Below the pieces are notes generated by a model. That model made no database searches, was not told the DNA's origin, and worked only from the letters and a program-made list of their open reading frames with translations. Both the position numbers and the translations under genes were made by a program. This document shows, one piece after another, positions 12,838 to 26,269 of a stretch of DNA of 64,000 bases (positions are counted from its first letter, which is position 1; every line of letters starts with the position of its first letter). Origin of the DNA: Somniosus microcephalus (Eukaryota); assembly GCA_052327205.1 (NCBI GenBank), contig CM126222.1:38502001-38566000 (forward strand), written 5' to 3'.

Positions 12838-15800
12838 ATTGGGAATCACACAGACATGCATTTATTTCAGTAAACTAAGCAGTATTGCAGAAAATGGTTA
12901 CCTAGTTTGTATTCATTTAGTCATATTTTTAAGACTGAATAGAGTTATGTGGCTGCACTCCATAACATAGAACCTTAGTCCCCATATTTGTTAGCATGGT
13001 TGTAGCTTCTGAATGCAAGGTTGGTTGTTCGCTGTATATTAAATAGCCAACTATTTTATGACTTAGTTCACATTCGGATGTTTATGCCAGATGTCACTGG
13101 GCCCCTGTTCCTGTGAGGATCAACGTGATTGTTCAGTGTTCAGTGGTCATCCATGATTGTTTCTAAACCTGCCTATTTCCTGCGTTGAGGTTTAATTGGG
13201 GCGGTGGGGGGAGCAAAGTCTGCGACTATTTAGATGAATGAATAGTTTCCTGGCACGAATTCAAATCATAGAATGCACTTGACCCACTTGTTGCTAAATG
13301 TCACATCAGTGCTGGACCAAATCTAGGGAATTGGGCGAGGCACAAATTAAAGGCTTATAACAAACGCACAAACCACCCAGCAACTGATCTAAGGTGGTCC
13401 CGGTGGACACATGATGGCCATTATCATTAATTGTTAATCAGATAAAGAGATTTTCTCATAGTGGGTGGTGGCTCAGCAGAAGAGCACTAGACAGTGTGCA
13501 GCCTTGGTGGCCTGCGATCACTGGGATTCCAGTGAGCACTGTTTTACTACAGATATTAAAGATACACAAAGTTGCAGCAGTTTTCAGTCATGGGAAATAG
13601 CATTGCTTTGCCTAAAGTACGTTGAAGAAGGACCTTCTGCCCGGTCTTACCATTAGTTGCCAATAGTCACATTCAAACTCTAATGCTTGTCGCAGAGTGA
13701 ATACAACATGGATTCAGATTTGGGGCAAATTCATATCTTGCATATGCTGTGACCCCAGGAACTCTCTTTAAATTGTGTGGGCAGTTTTGAGTGGAGCTGC
13801 CTGCATTTATACCACTGGCTCTCAGCAAGACCAACTCCTTTAATAATGTGTATAAACTTTTTTTTTAAACAATAAATTTTGTTTCCACTAAAACTATCAG
13901 AACAGACAGAAAATGGAGTGGAGGAACATGGATTATGACTCCAGCTAATGTTCAAAATATGTGTTTGAATTGGTGCTTGCTATAAAATGTAATAAATGTG
14001 ATAAAGTAATATCAAACTGCTACTAATTCAGCAGATTCAAATTGTTTAAAATCAAGGTTGAATTTCAGCTGATTTTGCTCACATTCCACGCCATTCGATG
14101 CTATAGACATAGTATTTGTAGTATAATCACTTCACTCTGGAACCACAAGCATTTTCCTTCGCTGTGCTTTGTAATAGTTTGACATCAGAATAAGTGTTAT
14201 ATAAACTGCTACCTCATGTGGCCTCACTATGATGGCCTTTAAGCTACCTAGCAACAGCAAAGCCAGCTGAATGCTGTTGGAAGTATCTGACATATTGTAG
14301 CCTTTGACACATTTCCAAGTGAAACTAGCATATGCAACTCATAATCTGTCATCAGAGCTGCCCTGCTCTGAGACTGTAATGTAAACAGGGCAGCTCCAAG
14401 CTCAGTCAACCCCACTGACCAGATAGTCATTCCATCTGCTAATGTAAACAGGGCTAATGACTCTTGTGCATCCTGTCACTTCCGTGCTGTGAGCTGTAAA
14501 GAGGAATGTCAAAGGGCAATTACAGAATATCATTTTTATTCCTTGAGTGAGGAGAATTATCATCACAATGACTGAGTCATCAAGTTCTTCCTCAATCTAT
14601 AGTATTCTATCATTGCTCAAGTATTCTATTTCTGTCAATATTTTTTTAAATTGTTATAAAGTGTTACTTAAGACTGTATAAACTAGAATTCCATTAGTAC
14701 TCCATGAAATTATGAGGTGATTTGCGTCCGCTCTGAAATGTTTGGCTACCGGAATTAGAAATCATACCAGGGCAAAATTAAAATTGGGTTGTTACAGACC
14801 TAAATTCACAGATTTCTAAAGCTAGTCACGAAACTAGTTAACAATTCAGACTCAATGACTACAGATCTGGGCTCCAACGCATTGTATTAGTTTCATTACA
14901 GACCTTTACAGTGCTTTCATGGTAGTATTAAACTATTAATGCTGGGTCTATGGCCACTATAAAAATATATTTGAGATTGTGCAAGTCACCATTTTGTTTT
15001 TTAAATCTACATCCCTGTTTAGGGAATTTTCAATATTGGTGACTAAAGGGAGGATAAAATTAATTCTGCATTTTAAGGCCCTCCCATTGGTATTGCTGTG
15101 GTTATACCTTAAGTGACACAAACCTAGGCAAAATGTTGATATTTTCCCCAAAGCCTGACATTCGATCTTCTGTTTATGCTTGATTTACTTCCCTTGCCGG
15201 ATGCCACGTTTTACTTTTTATCTAACCTGTGTCGCACCACCCACATTGCACACCAGTCCCCACACTAGAGGGTAGTTATATCTCTGCCCAGGTATAGTGC
15301 AAAGATCAGCCTAGACTGAATCTGCATTTGGTTTTCCTCCCTCACTGGGCAGCAACACTTCGCTTCAGCTTTGTGCTCACTCCTAAGGACCCAAATTCGA
15401 TCTTTAGCTTGCTGTGTGTGGAATCGAGTGCAAACCCTTGTACTGTATGTAACTGATATAATGGGACATATCATGCCATAAAATTGCCCCCGGTCCTTTT
15501 CTTTTTATTTCTACCATTTACATCATTAACATTGCTATCTTGCTGCTTCCTCAATGATTTTTTAAACCAATTGATACAGTGCACATTTTAGTATCATTCT
15601 AGGTCATTCCTTGATAATTGTGACATTTTAAGTAGATTAAATCTGATGTAATGAGGATTTAATGTGAAATTGACCTCTACTGAGGATTTTATAAATAAAT
15701 TATTGCAGTAATCCAACTACATGAGACAATGGACTTGGACACTTATCTTTGAGAGGTGTGTTCAGGTCAGGCAGACAAAACAAATATTCATTGTTTTATT

Positions 15801-16522
15801 AACAAAGTAAAGTCCTTCCTTGTAATAGTGAGAGCTAAGGTTCCACCACATTTTGAAGATATAAGGGTGCTGGTGTAGTAAGGTTCTCTGACGACTCCCT
15901 GGAGATAGAACCACCTTCCTCACTTGTTCCTACATTTTTATCCTTACCAGCAATAGTTACAAACTGTGGCATGCTCACTTAGTGGTCATGGAAACATTTA
16001 TTTTGAGGAATAAGTCAACATAGCAACACCAGTTTGTGTTATCTGATGTCCTTGCAGGTGCCAGTGAGAGTGACACAATAGAAGGGGAATGATGAGAGAA
16101 TGCTGCACTGTCGACATGCACTTTTGAGATTCCTCTAGCACCTCAGACTAGTTAGCCAAAAAATTATAATGTGGATCAAAAAGTTTAACAATTCATGATC
16201 TGTTTACATCTATAGTTCATTTAAGCACTGTAATTTAATTCAGTACCTGTTTTCTCTGGTTTTCATGTTGAGAGTACACATTGTTAGCCAGTGCCAAAAC
16301 CAATTTGTAACTGGACACTGAAATGTGTGAAAGAATGACCGAAGAGGTCTTCCCTATCACTTTAACCCACAAGATTGGGAAATCATTGTGTGTAAAAACT
16401 TAACATCAGCTTTTTAGATATATTTGATGTGTTGAAGACAAACTTCATGGAATTTAATCGTTTTGGGAAAGTAACACGAGTTTGTCATTGTTTAAAATCT
16501 TATACTCATATCTCTTTGTTAG

Positions 16523-16947
16523 GTGCCTTGTTATTGGGTGGTATCCTGTATTCCTGGCAGTTCCCGCATTTCAATGCTTTAAGCTGGAACATTCGAGAAG
16601 ATTACTCGCGAGGTGGCTACCGCATGATGTCAGTCACACACCCAGCGCTCTGCAAACGGGTGGCACTCCGCCACTGCATTGCTCTCATTGGACTGTCAAC
16701 ACTGTGTCCTGTCTTCGACATAACTACATGGAATTTTCCACTCATTTCGCTCCCAATCAACTTGTATATCAGCTACCTCGGCTATCGATTTTACAGGGAC
16801 TCAAGCCGCAGCAGTGCGCGAAAACTTTTCTTCTGCAGCCTCTGGCATCTCCCTATGTTATTACTCCTCATGCTAACCTGCAAGAAATCTCGAGTTGGAA
16901 ATGAGGGTGTAGCTCATCGCAAAGTTGAAACAGAAATGCAAGCATAA
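16523..16947 (+). CDS. COX10: COX10 last coding exon
   Basis: Acceptor tctctttgttag ends at 16522 and G|GT completes Gly in phase with the previous exon. Encodes [40 protein letters not shown]...[24 protein letters not shown]...; stop TAA at 16945-16947. Confidence 0.96.
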
Positions 16948-19745
16948 CATTCGTTTTTATTAAGAACTCTTCAGAAGGTGGCAAAGACTATTTCTGTGTA
17001 GTGTTACTGTGGCCCTATTAAGTGGGATGCACTGATTTTGATCCTGGAAGTTGTATGGTACTACTGTATGTGATTCTGTAATGTTAGATGAAAGTTGGTT
17101 TCTTCATTTTCATAGGAACAGGAGTAGGCCATTCATCCCCTCGAGCCTGCTCCATTCAGTTAGATCATTGTTGATCTGTACCTCAACTCCATTTACCCGC
17201 CGTGACTCCATATCCCTTGATACCCTTGCCTATCAAAAATCTATCGATCTCAGCCTTGCAAACTCGAATTATCCCAGCATCCACAGCCTTTTGGGGGAGA
17301 GAATTCCAGATGTCTACTATCCTCTGTGTGGAAAAAAATGCTTCCTGATTTCCCTCCTAAATAGCCTTGCTCTCATTTTAAGATTATGTCCCCTTGTTCT
17401 TGATTCACCCATTGGAGTAAATGGTTTCTCTGTATCTACCCTATTGAATCCTTTTGACATTTTAAATACCTCGCTCAGTTCACCCCACAACCTTCTAAAC
17501 TCAAGGGAATTACAAGCCAAGTTTATGCAACCAGTCCTCACAATTTAACCCTCAAGTAGGTCCCGCATTTCCAACTCCCACATTGTGTCCATAAAGTCAT
17601 ATTGTGGCTTCCGATCCTGTAATGTGTCCCTTAACATTACATTATGGCCTCAGATCCTATAAGGTCACATTACGTATACACAGCAATAATAAATTAAATT
17701 GCCACTAATGCTTTTGAACACCAGGGAAAATTCTGAAGTACTGTCCAGAATTTCAGGAAAAATCACTGAACAGATTTGCACAACAAATGTTGTGTGTTCT
17801 TAAAACTCATTGTAAAATATGTTATTCAGATGTGTTCTTCCAGAAAAAATAAAATAAATTCTCCCAGAATTGTGGCAGTTCATTTAATTGTACTTATTTT
17901 GAAAGCACTCCAGAGCATGAATCTGTTGGAGGTACCTTTAGGACTTCCAGCCACACTCTAGAACATGTTCAAGGCAAAAGTTTGCAGTTAACAATGACAC
18001 TTTTGTTCAGGAGTGCTGTGACGGTTTATATTGTAACATTAAAGTTATTTTCTCCAGTATTGATTTAGAATTATTGTTTCATGTCCTTGTGCTGGAAATG
18101 CATTCTTCCCACATTCTAAGTCTGGTTTAACTACAGTCTGGTCAGTCAGCGATGGATGTTGCTGAATATGTCCTCTGAAACTGATAGTTCAGAATCTCCC
18201 AGATCTCCTGTTGGGAGCTACATTATGGAGCTATGTAAAAGGAATAATATCTAAATCACAACCCGTGTTGTCACCAGGTTTATTAATTGTGTCAATACAC
18301 GAGCAACAACTGCAACTAAGTTGGTACACTCTGTGTAATACGTTTAATTAATCGTCTCAAATTGCTACCACAAGCGTCAGACCTGTAACTGCCATTCCAA
18401 CACCTCTGAAGTGCACAGGTCGTTTCTGCAGTTTGGAAGGTCACCATCTATATATACTATCATTTCATATTTCAAGTGGATGTACAACAAAAAATGTACA
18501 CATTCATAATCACACTTCTAGTATCAACAATGCAGTCTAATGCAAAAAGTGATTTTTTTTCATAATTATGTACCAGTAGCTGTATTAGAAATGAAAAATG
18601 TGGTCAAAATGTAATCGTCCAGTTATTATTCACTGCCACTTTTGACCGACTATGAATGATCGATGTGATTAAAAGACTGGAATCAGAACATAAATGTATT
18701 AAGCAAATGAAATATTTGATTTATATTGTCATGATTTTTTTTAATGTCCATAATAAATGAGTAAGACACAACAAAATGATCAGCTGTCAAATTCTGCTTT
18801 TTTGCAAAGTTAGGGCAAGGGGAATTATAATGTATAACGTTTTATTGTCGTAGTTAAGCTCCAATGTGAATGTAATCCAAACCCATTGTTAGAACTGTGC
18901 ACATTGGAGTTTTTTTTTAATGGAATGGGTAAAAAAAAATTGCCTAAATCACGGTGCTCCTGATCAGATATTAGACTATCTGAAGTCATGTCTTCATTGA
19001 AGTGTGTTGATCAAAAGTAAACTAAATGGTGTATTTTGTATAATTACTAGTAGATCTCATATTGAGCCAGACGTTACACTGTTGCTGAGGGCAGAGCACA
19101 TTTCTCCACCTAAAGGATTTGGAAAGAAGTTTGTAAGATTAGAGACAGCGAAGAAAGTGTTTTTGGTTTGTTCCGGGAAAATAAATAAATATTTCCTTCA
19201 TTCACTGCAGGTGGATAAATACATAAATAAAACTCAAAGTACTGCAGGGAAAAGCTGTACTTTACCCTTATTGTCCATCAGTTTAGGAAGTGAATGTTAT
19301 AGAGTAAGTCAAAAAACACACACAACTCCAGAAAAAAACGAATTTGCATCTTATTTTTACAAACATCTCTGCAACTATATCAGGACCACAGAAATGATAG
19401 TACAGAAGGAGGCAATTTAACCCATTGCACCTGTACCAATGCTAGCTCTTAAACTAGACTGGTCTACTGTAATCCCATCCCCTGGATCTTTCCTCCTCTA
19501 TTATAGTGTAATTGGAACATAATGTTAGTACTCAGTACTTTGTGTTACTAAAATGGTCTACTTAAAATGTATAAAGTCTGGACTTTTATTCAGAAAAACC
19601 CTACAAACTAGAATAATGGTACAGTCCTTCCAGAATTCTCAATTTTTATTTTGTTGCTGGTTGTTTGAGTACTGAGATATGTAACCATTTAGGATATATT
19701 ATATTACAAAATATAAAAAATAAATGTCAATTTTTCACGTGTGTT
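16948..19745 (+). other. COX10: Probable COX10 3' UTR; end uncertain
   Basis: AT-rich sequence after the stop, with candidate AATAAA signals at 17688-17693 and 19719-19724 among others. The true cleavage site cannot be determined from sequence alone. Confidence 0.4.
17110..17552 (-). mobile_element. CR1 LINE 3' end, antisense, just downstream of the COX10 stop
   Basis: Minus ORF reads SLEFRRLWGELSEVFKMSKGFNRVD...ESRTRGHNLKMR...REIRKHFF; 3' UTR ends gaatggcctactcctgttcctatg. Confidence 0.88.
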
Positions 19746-19899
19746 ACAGGTAATATGCTGCATCTGCTAAACAAACATCCCACTGAAGATAGTAACCTAC
19801 ATCTTGAAAATGTCAGTCTTCACTGTTGAATGCTTTTATACATAAACATTTATATTGCTTTCAGTGCTCTTAAAATGGTTTATTGAAGTATTGGTCCTC

Positions 19900-21445
19900 A
19901 GTGCACTGGATACAGCAAAGGCTATGGGTCCTGACAACATCCCGGTTATCGTGCTGAAGACTTGTGCTCCAGAACTAGCCGCACCTCTAGCCAAGCTATT
20001 CCAGTACAGCTACAACACTGGCATATATCCAACAATGTGGAAAACTGCCCAGGTATGTCCTGTCCACAAAAAGCAGGACAAATCCAATCCGGCCAATTAC
20101 CGCCCCATCAGTCTACTCTCAATCATCAGCAAAGTGATGGAAGGTGTCGTCGACAGTGCTATCAAGCAGCACTTACTCACCTATAACCTGCTCACTGATG
20201 CCCAATTTGGGTTCCGCCAAGACCACTCTGCCTTGAACCAAACATGGACAAAAGAGCAGAATTCCAGAGGTGAGGTGAGAGTGACTGCCCTTGACGTCAA
20301 AGCAGCATTTGACCGAGTGTGACATGAAGGAGCCCTAGTAAAACTGAAGTCAATGGGAATCGGGGGGAAAACTCTTCACTGGCTGGAGTCATACCTAGCA
20401 CAAAGGAAGATGGTTGTGGTGGTTGGAGGCCAATCATCTGAGCCCCAGGACATCGCTGCAGGAGTTCCTCAGGGCAGTGTCCTAGGCCCAATCATCTTCA
20501 GTTGCTTCATCAATGACCTTCCCTCCAACATAAGGTCAGAAATGGGGATGTTTGCTGATGACTACACAGTGTCCAGTGCCATTCACAACTCATCAGATAA
20601 TGAAGCAGTTCATGCCCGCATGCAACAAGATCTGGACGACATTCAGGTTTGGGCTGATAAGTGGCAGCTAACATTCGCGCCACAGAAGTGCCAGGCAATG
20701 ACTACCTCCAAAAAGCGGGCATCTAACCACCACCCCTTGACATTCAATGGCATTACCATCGCTGAATCACCCACCATCAACATCCTGGGGGTCACCACTG
20801 ACCAGAAACTTAACTGGACCAATCACATAAATACTGTAGCAACAAGAGCAAGTCAGAGGCTAGGTATTCTGCGGCGAGTGTCTCACCTCCTGACTCCCCA
20901 GAGCCTTTCCACCATCTACAAGGCACAAGTAAGGAGTGTGATGGAATACTCTCCACTTGCCTGGATGAGTGCAGTTCCAACAACACTCAAGAAGCTCAAC
21001 ACCATCCAGAACAAGGCAGCCCGCTTGATTGGCATCCCATCTACCACCTTAAACATTCACTCCCTCCACCACCGGCGTACCGTGGCTGCAATGTGTACCA
21101 TCTACAAGATGCACTGCAGCAACTCGCCAAGGCTTCTTCGGCAGCACCTCCCAAACCCACGACCTCTTCCACCTAGAAGGACAAGGGCAGCAGGCGCATG
21201 GGAACACCACCACTTCCAAGTCACACAGCATCCTGACTTAGAAGTATATCGCCAATCCTTCATCGTCGCTGGGTCAAAATCCTGGAACTCCCTCCCTAAC
21301 AGCACTGTGGGAGTACCTTCACCACACGGACTGCAGCGGTTCAAGAAGGTGGCTCACCACCACCTTCTCGAGGGCAACTAGGGATGGGCAATAAATGCTG
21401 GCCTTGCCAGCAATGCCCACATCTCAAACAAATAACAAAAAAATA
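19900..21445 (+). mobile_element. 5'-truncated CR1-superfamily LINE, copy 2 of the same family
   Basis: KAMGPDNIP, NYRPISLLS, GVPQGSVLGP, MFADD; premature TGA at 20320-20322. Closely alignable to 5193-6670; A-rich tail. Confidence 0.92.
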
Positions 21446-21598
21446 ATTTATAAAGGAGGAGGCAGGTCTTAAAACAATAAGTCTTGGTGCACTCTGGGTG
21501 TTGTAGTTTACTGCCTATTTAATCTCTTCAGTTGCTGTTGAGATGTCTGGGAAACCCCATAAACTCCAGCATTCATCCTTCAAACACAGAAAATGCTG

Positions 21599-21621
21599 AT
21601 ATATATATATATATATATATA
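21599..21621. repeat. (AT)n microsatellite
   Basis: Directly visible. Confidence 0.9.
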
Positions 21622-21669
21622 CATGTTGGTTTTAGCATTTTCTTGTCAATTGAGCATTTCTGATATTAA

Positions 21670-22092
21670 CCTTGTTAGTAAATCACAAGCTTGTTGGTTC
21701 AAGCCCCAGTCCAGAGACTCGAGTACATAATCTAGGCTGACGCTTCAGTGCGGTACTGAGGAAAGGCTGCACTGTTGGAGGCGCCGTCTTTTGGATGAGA
21801 TGTTAAACCGAAGCCCCATCAGCCCACTCAGGTGGATGTAAAAGATCCCATGACACTATTCGGAAAAAGAACGGGAGTTCTCCGGTGTCCTGCCCATTAT
21901 TTATCCCTCAACCAACATCACTAAAAACAGTTTATTTGGTCATTATCTCATTGCTGTTTGTGGGACCTTGCTGTGTGCAAATTGGCTGTGTGTTTCCTAC
22001 ATTGCAACAGTGACTACAGTTAAAAAGTACTTTGATGGTTGTAAAGTGCTTGGGATGTCTTGAGGTCGTGAACGGCTATATAAATATGTCTT
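21670..22092 (+). mobile_element. Deu-domain tRNA-derived SINE (SacSINE1-like)
   Basis: B box GGTTCAAGCCC, the same central domain, and a tail ending ...gctatataaat. Confidence 0.85.
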
Positions 22093-23318
22093 TATGAATT
22101 TGAAATTTCAGCCAATCAAGTGTGTACCATACAAAACTTGTATATAAAGAAGTGGGATGAACAAAGCATGCCCTAAATCAAGCTTTTATTATATATAGCA
22201 ATAAAATATAGTGTTGGGGAAACACTGTGCGTATGTAGATAAACCTGTATAATCCCCTTTTAACTGCTGTATTCCCCTCCCCCCCGCAAGACAGTTGCAA
22301 GCTGAGAGGAATAAGGCATGTTCAGACTTGCCTGCTGCTGAGAGAAGGAAAACCAATCAGGTTCCAGCAGGTGACCAATCCGTGAGTCATCACAGGCTAG
22401 CGGGCTTTACGAATTCAGTACTGTATTGTGAGAGTTGGAGTAAAGACCTATTTCTTGTAGCTCGCTGTGTTGCCTATTTCTTTACGCGGGAGACTGTAGT
22501 CTCCCACAATAGGAGATAGGGAATGTTTTGTATCCACCATGCATATGTCCGTACACCAAGCAACACTTTGTTACAAATAGAAAATAATCTTTAAAAAGGA
22601 GAAAAAAGCGACTCATTGTAGTGAAAGCTGAAATTCACCAGAACCTTTGAATCTGCAATTTAACTCAACCCTCGCCCTGTATTTACTGAATAGCATATGT
22701 GGCCTTTAACAGACACCGTTCCCTCTGAGCAGCAGAATGATACATTGTGCACTACAGATATTAATTCCCCTGTCCTTATTAAATGCAATATCAGACCTAT
22801 GCCATCCGCTAGTACAATGGATATCTTTGGATTGTGCAGTTCAATGTTTTATATTGGTTGGAAAAGAATCAAACAAAATCGAAAGTACCTCTGCATATCA
22901 GAACTGACCGCGTTTCTACCAGTGGAAGCTGTTAAACGGTCTTATACCAACTTGCCAATGCCTCTATCCCTCCATCTCTAAACCTATGTTTCTGTCTGTG
23001 CTTTGTCTTGCAATCAATCTTATGGTCTGATTCAGTTGTACTCTACTTTGACTTCCTCTTCATTTCTGCCAAAAGAAGCAATTTTTCCTTTTTATTTTCG
23101 TTCAAATAAGTTTTTAATGCAGCTAATTCAACCACGTTTGTGAACTAATAAGTTGCAAAATTTCGTTTTCTCATTACTATTCTGTATGCAATACATCTAC
23201 AAGTCTCTTTAATATTCAAGGAGCTGAAATAAAATGGTGAGGATCAATGTTACTCTGTGGCAGTGGCAGTGCACTTCAGTGGAGCAGGAATCCCTCCCGT
23301 CCGGAAAGGGAACAGGTA

Positions 23319-23351
23319 GCGCTCCACCTAGGGGCCACAATAGGAACTGCT
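23319..23351 (-). promoter_or_regulatory. CTCF site with upstream (ZF9-11) module
   Basis: Minus strand reads AGCAGTTCC-TATTG-TGGCCCCTAGGTGGAGCGC, matching the extended consensus TGCAGTTCC-N5-TGGCCACYAGRKGGCGC including the spacing. Confidence 0.6.
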
Positions 23352-23787
23352 CATTATTGCGCACCATTGAGTAGGGCAGGGCTGATATTGAAACTAATGG
23401 CACTCTGGATCGAGAATCCCAAAAATCTACAATTAGTTAGTGTTCAAAAAGGAACAGTTCAGGAATGCGCTTTTTAAATTGTTATCGAAGTTTTAGGTGT
23501 AGCATCTGCTGTTTTGGGGCTGGGGGTTATTGTTGTTTAACACTGATGCTACTAAATATTGCTTAGTAAGCAGGTTAGATGTAATGGTCAGAATTATTTC
23601 CCTAACTATACTTATGTTTCTGATCTTTATCTTTGTGAATTTTGCCCTGAAATTTCTCAGTGGGGAAAGAAAAAATGTGCCATCAAAGGAAAAGGCCAGA
23701 GTATACGGGCTCTGCAAAGTATTCTCTGCAATATAAATACCTAAAATGGTTTTCACCCAAAAGCGTGTGCTTCAAACTTATAGAGAG

Positions 23788-24695
23788 ACTAGCATTCATC
23801 CATGGTTTTGTTACCTCCAGACTCGACTATTCCAATGCTGACCACGCTGCATAAACTTGAGTTGATCCAAAACTCTGCCACCCATATCCTAAATGACACT
23901 AAGTCCCCCTCACCCAATGCCCCGGTGCTCGCTCGCCTACATTAGCTTCCGGTCCAGCAACTCCTTGATTTTAAAATTCTCATCATGTTCAAATCGCTTC
24001 ATGATCCCTCCATGGCCTCGCCCTTCCCTATATTTATGACCTCCTCCAACCCTACAACTCTCCAAGAATGATGAGTTCCTTCAGCATTGGCCTCTTGTGC
24101 ATCCCCGACTTCCTTTGCCCACCATTGTTGGCTGTGTTGCCAGAAGCTCTGCAATTCCCTCCCTGAACCTCTCCTCCTCTTAGACCTTTGTTAGAACCTA
24201 CCATTTTAACCAAACGTTTGGTCACCCATCCTAATATCTCCTTTGGCTCTCTGTCATTTAAAAAAAAAGACATAGAATGATGTAGCCATAGAATTTACAG
24301 TACAGCAACAGGCCATTCAGCCCAACAGGTCTATGCTGGTGCTTATGCGCCACACCAGCCTCCTCCCCTCTTCATCTCACCCTATCAACATTTCCTTCTA
24401 TTCCTTTCTCCCTCATGTACTTGTCTAACTTCACCTTAAATGCGTCTGTGCTATTGGCCTCAGCTACTCCATGTGGTAGCGAGTTCCACATTCTCACCAC
24501 TCTCTGAGTAAAGACATTTCTCCTGGGTTCCTTATTGAATTTATTAGTGACTATCTGGTATTTATGGCCCCGAGTTTTGGACTCACCCACAAGTGGAAAC
24601 ATCTTCTCTACATCTACCCTATCCAACCCCTTTATAATTTCTGTCCGATTATGCTCCGTCTTGGGAAGGCTATATAAATGCAAGTGGTTGTTGTA
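23788..24695 (+). mobile_element. L2-clade LINE 3' fragment (split by the CR1 at 24270-24641)
   Basis: AFIHGFVTSRLDYSNA and following L..IQNSA..IL and LH.LPV-like motifs; tail gctatataaatgcaagtggttgttg at ~24666-24694. Confidence 0.75.
24270..24641 (-). mobile_element. CR1 LINE 3' end nested in an L2 element
   Basis: Minus ORF reads IIKGLDRVDVEKMFPLVGESKTRGHKY...RRNVFTQRVVRMWNSLPHGVAEA...FKVKLDKYM; ttctatg-type tail repeats. Confidence 0.88.
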
Positions 24696-26269
24696 GCACA
24701 GTCCCTTCTGTAAATTCAGAGAGCCTGATTTTGGAAAACGTGAACAGCGGCACACTAATGACGGTTTAATGTATTTTTTAGTTGCCAGTTCCATCTGTTA
24801 ACACATTGGTGACATGCACATTAGTCGTTGCAATCTGAGTGTAAAAATCTTCTTAAATTAATACTCTGCATTTTTTTAAAACCCCAATAAGTTTTGAATT
24901 GCAAAATTTGGAAGGATCAGTGTAAATGAATACAATCTCTTTAATGTCACAGTCTTTTACCAGAAAGTCAGAATCTCGCTTCAACCGAATATACACATGA
25001 ATCCTTTTGATCATAGAACTTCCCTTTCTGATTAATTTGATGTGCTGTGGGATTATACTTAGAGGAGTTGTTAAAGAGCAATTAATCCCAAATTAAAACT
25101 CTCCGCAGGTTGAAGGTCACCAACAATTAAGATTCATTACATTTTAGTTGTTGTACAGCTGGGGGATGACTGGTGCAAGAAACTGCATGCAGCTGGGTGG
25201 GGGCGGGTTTATTCCACCATTAACCCGTTATTGACGTACCTACAAAGAAAGAAAACAGGCTGTCATTTGCAATCTCAGTAATATTGGTACTCTGTTCCGC
25301 GCGGCTCCAATGCAGTAATTTTACAGTAATACTGTCGGTCCCGCGGTGATGCATGGCACGCGGTATAACCCTGCCGAACTCTCAGATTTGGGAGACGACC
25401 TGTGATGAGGTGAACTCGGACAGTTGGCGTTGTGCATTGGAAGGCTGGTTGTTTGAAACGTTAACATTATTATAGTTTTAAAAGAATCGCCTTGAAGTTC
25501 ACCAACTGACCAGGGAGTTAATTCCTAACTGTAAAAGTCTCTCTGGTTAATGCTGGTAAGTGAAGCAAACCTCACTGCCCCAATTTATAGTTGCAACGCT
25601 CCAAATCCAACTGGGGCAATAGTCAATCCGAAGAGAACAGTAAAGAAAGATGAATGGTAAGATAACTCTCTTTCCACCTATAACCCTTCAACCAGCCGAT
25701 TTTCCTTTATTGGCATTGAGCTTGTTGAGTGAAGAAATTATGTCCTTGTTCCAAACACGTTCCACGGCAGGCGAGTCGCAATCGTTTTGTCACTTTCATA
25801 TTAATAAAAAAGTGAATTGCGTCACACTAGGGAAACAATTAAAGGGTTACCAGATCAAACTCTACATTGTAATTGATATTTCCAAACGGGCACTTGCCTG
25901 TTTTCAGTGACTATCTCTCAACAAGAGAGGTGAGGGTGTACTTTTAAAATCCAGAAAAACTGCCCCTAGTTTTTGACGCCGGTGGCGGCTGGCCATAGAA
26001 AGTGACTGTACTGCCTCGTCATCTTTCAGATCCAGCAGTTCTACTTTTACGTTTGTTTTTCCTTTACGAAGTCTGTGGAAAATCGACTTTAATTTTGCTG
26101 ATTGTACGAGGAATTCACTTTATTCACTGAGCGGGCAACAGTGTGACTGGCTCCGATGAAAAAGCCGAGTCTTGATCAAGGCTTGCTTTTTTTAAGAATT
26201 TGTTTTGATCATATTTGGCTGACGTTTAGCATTTAATTTGCAAAAAGGCTGAAGAAAACATTCTTCTTA

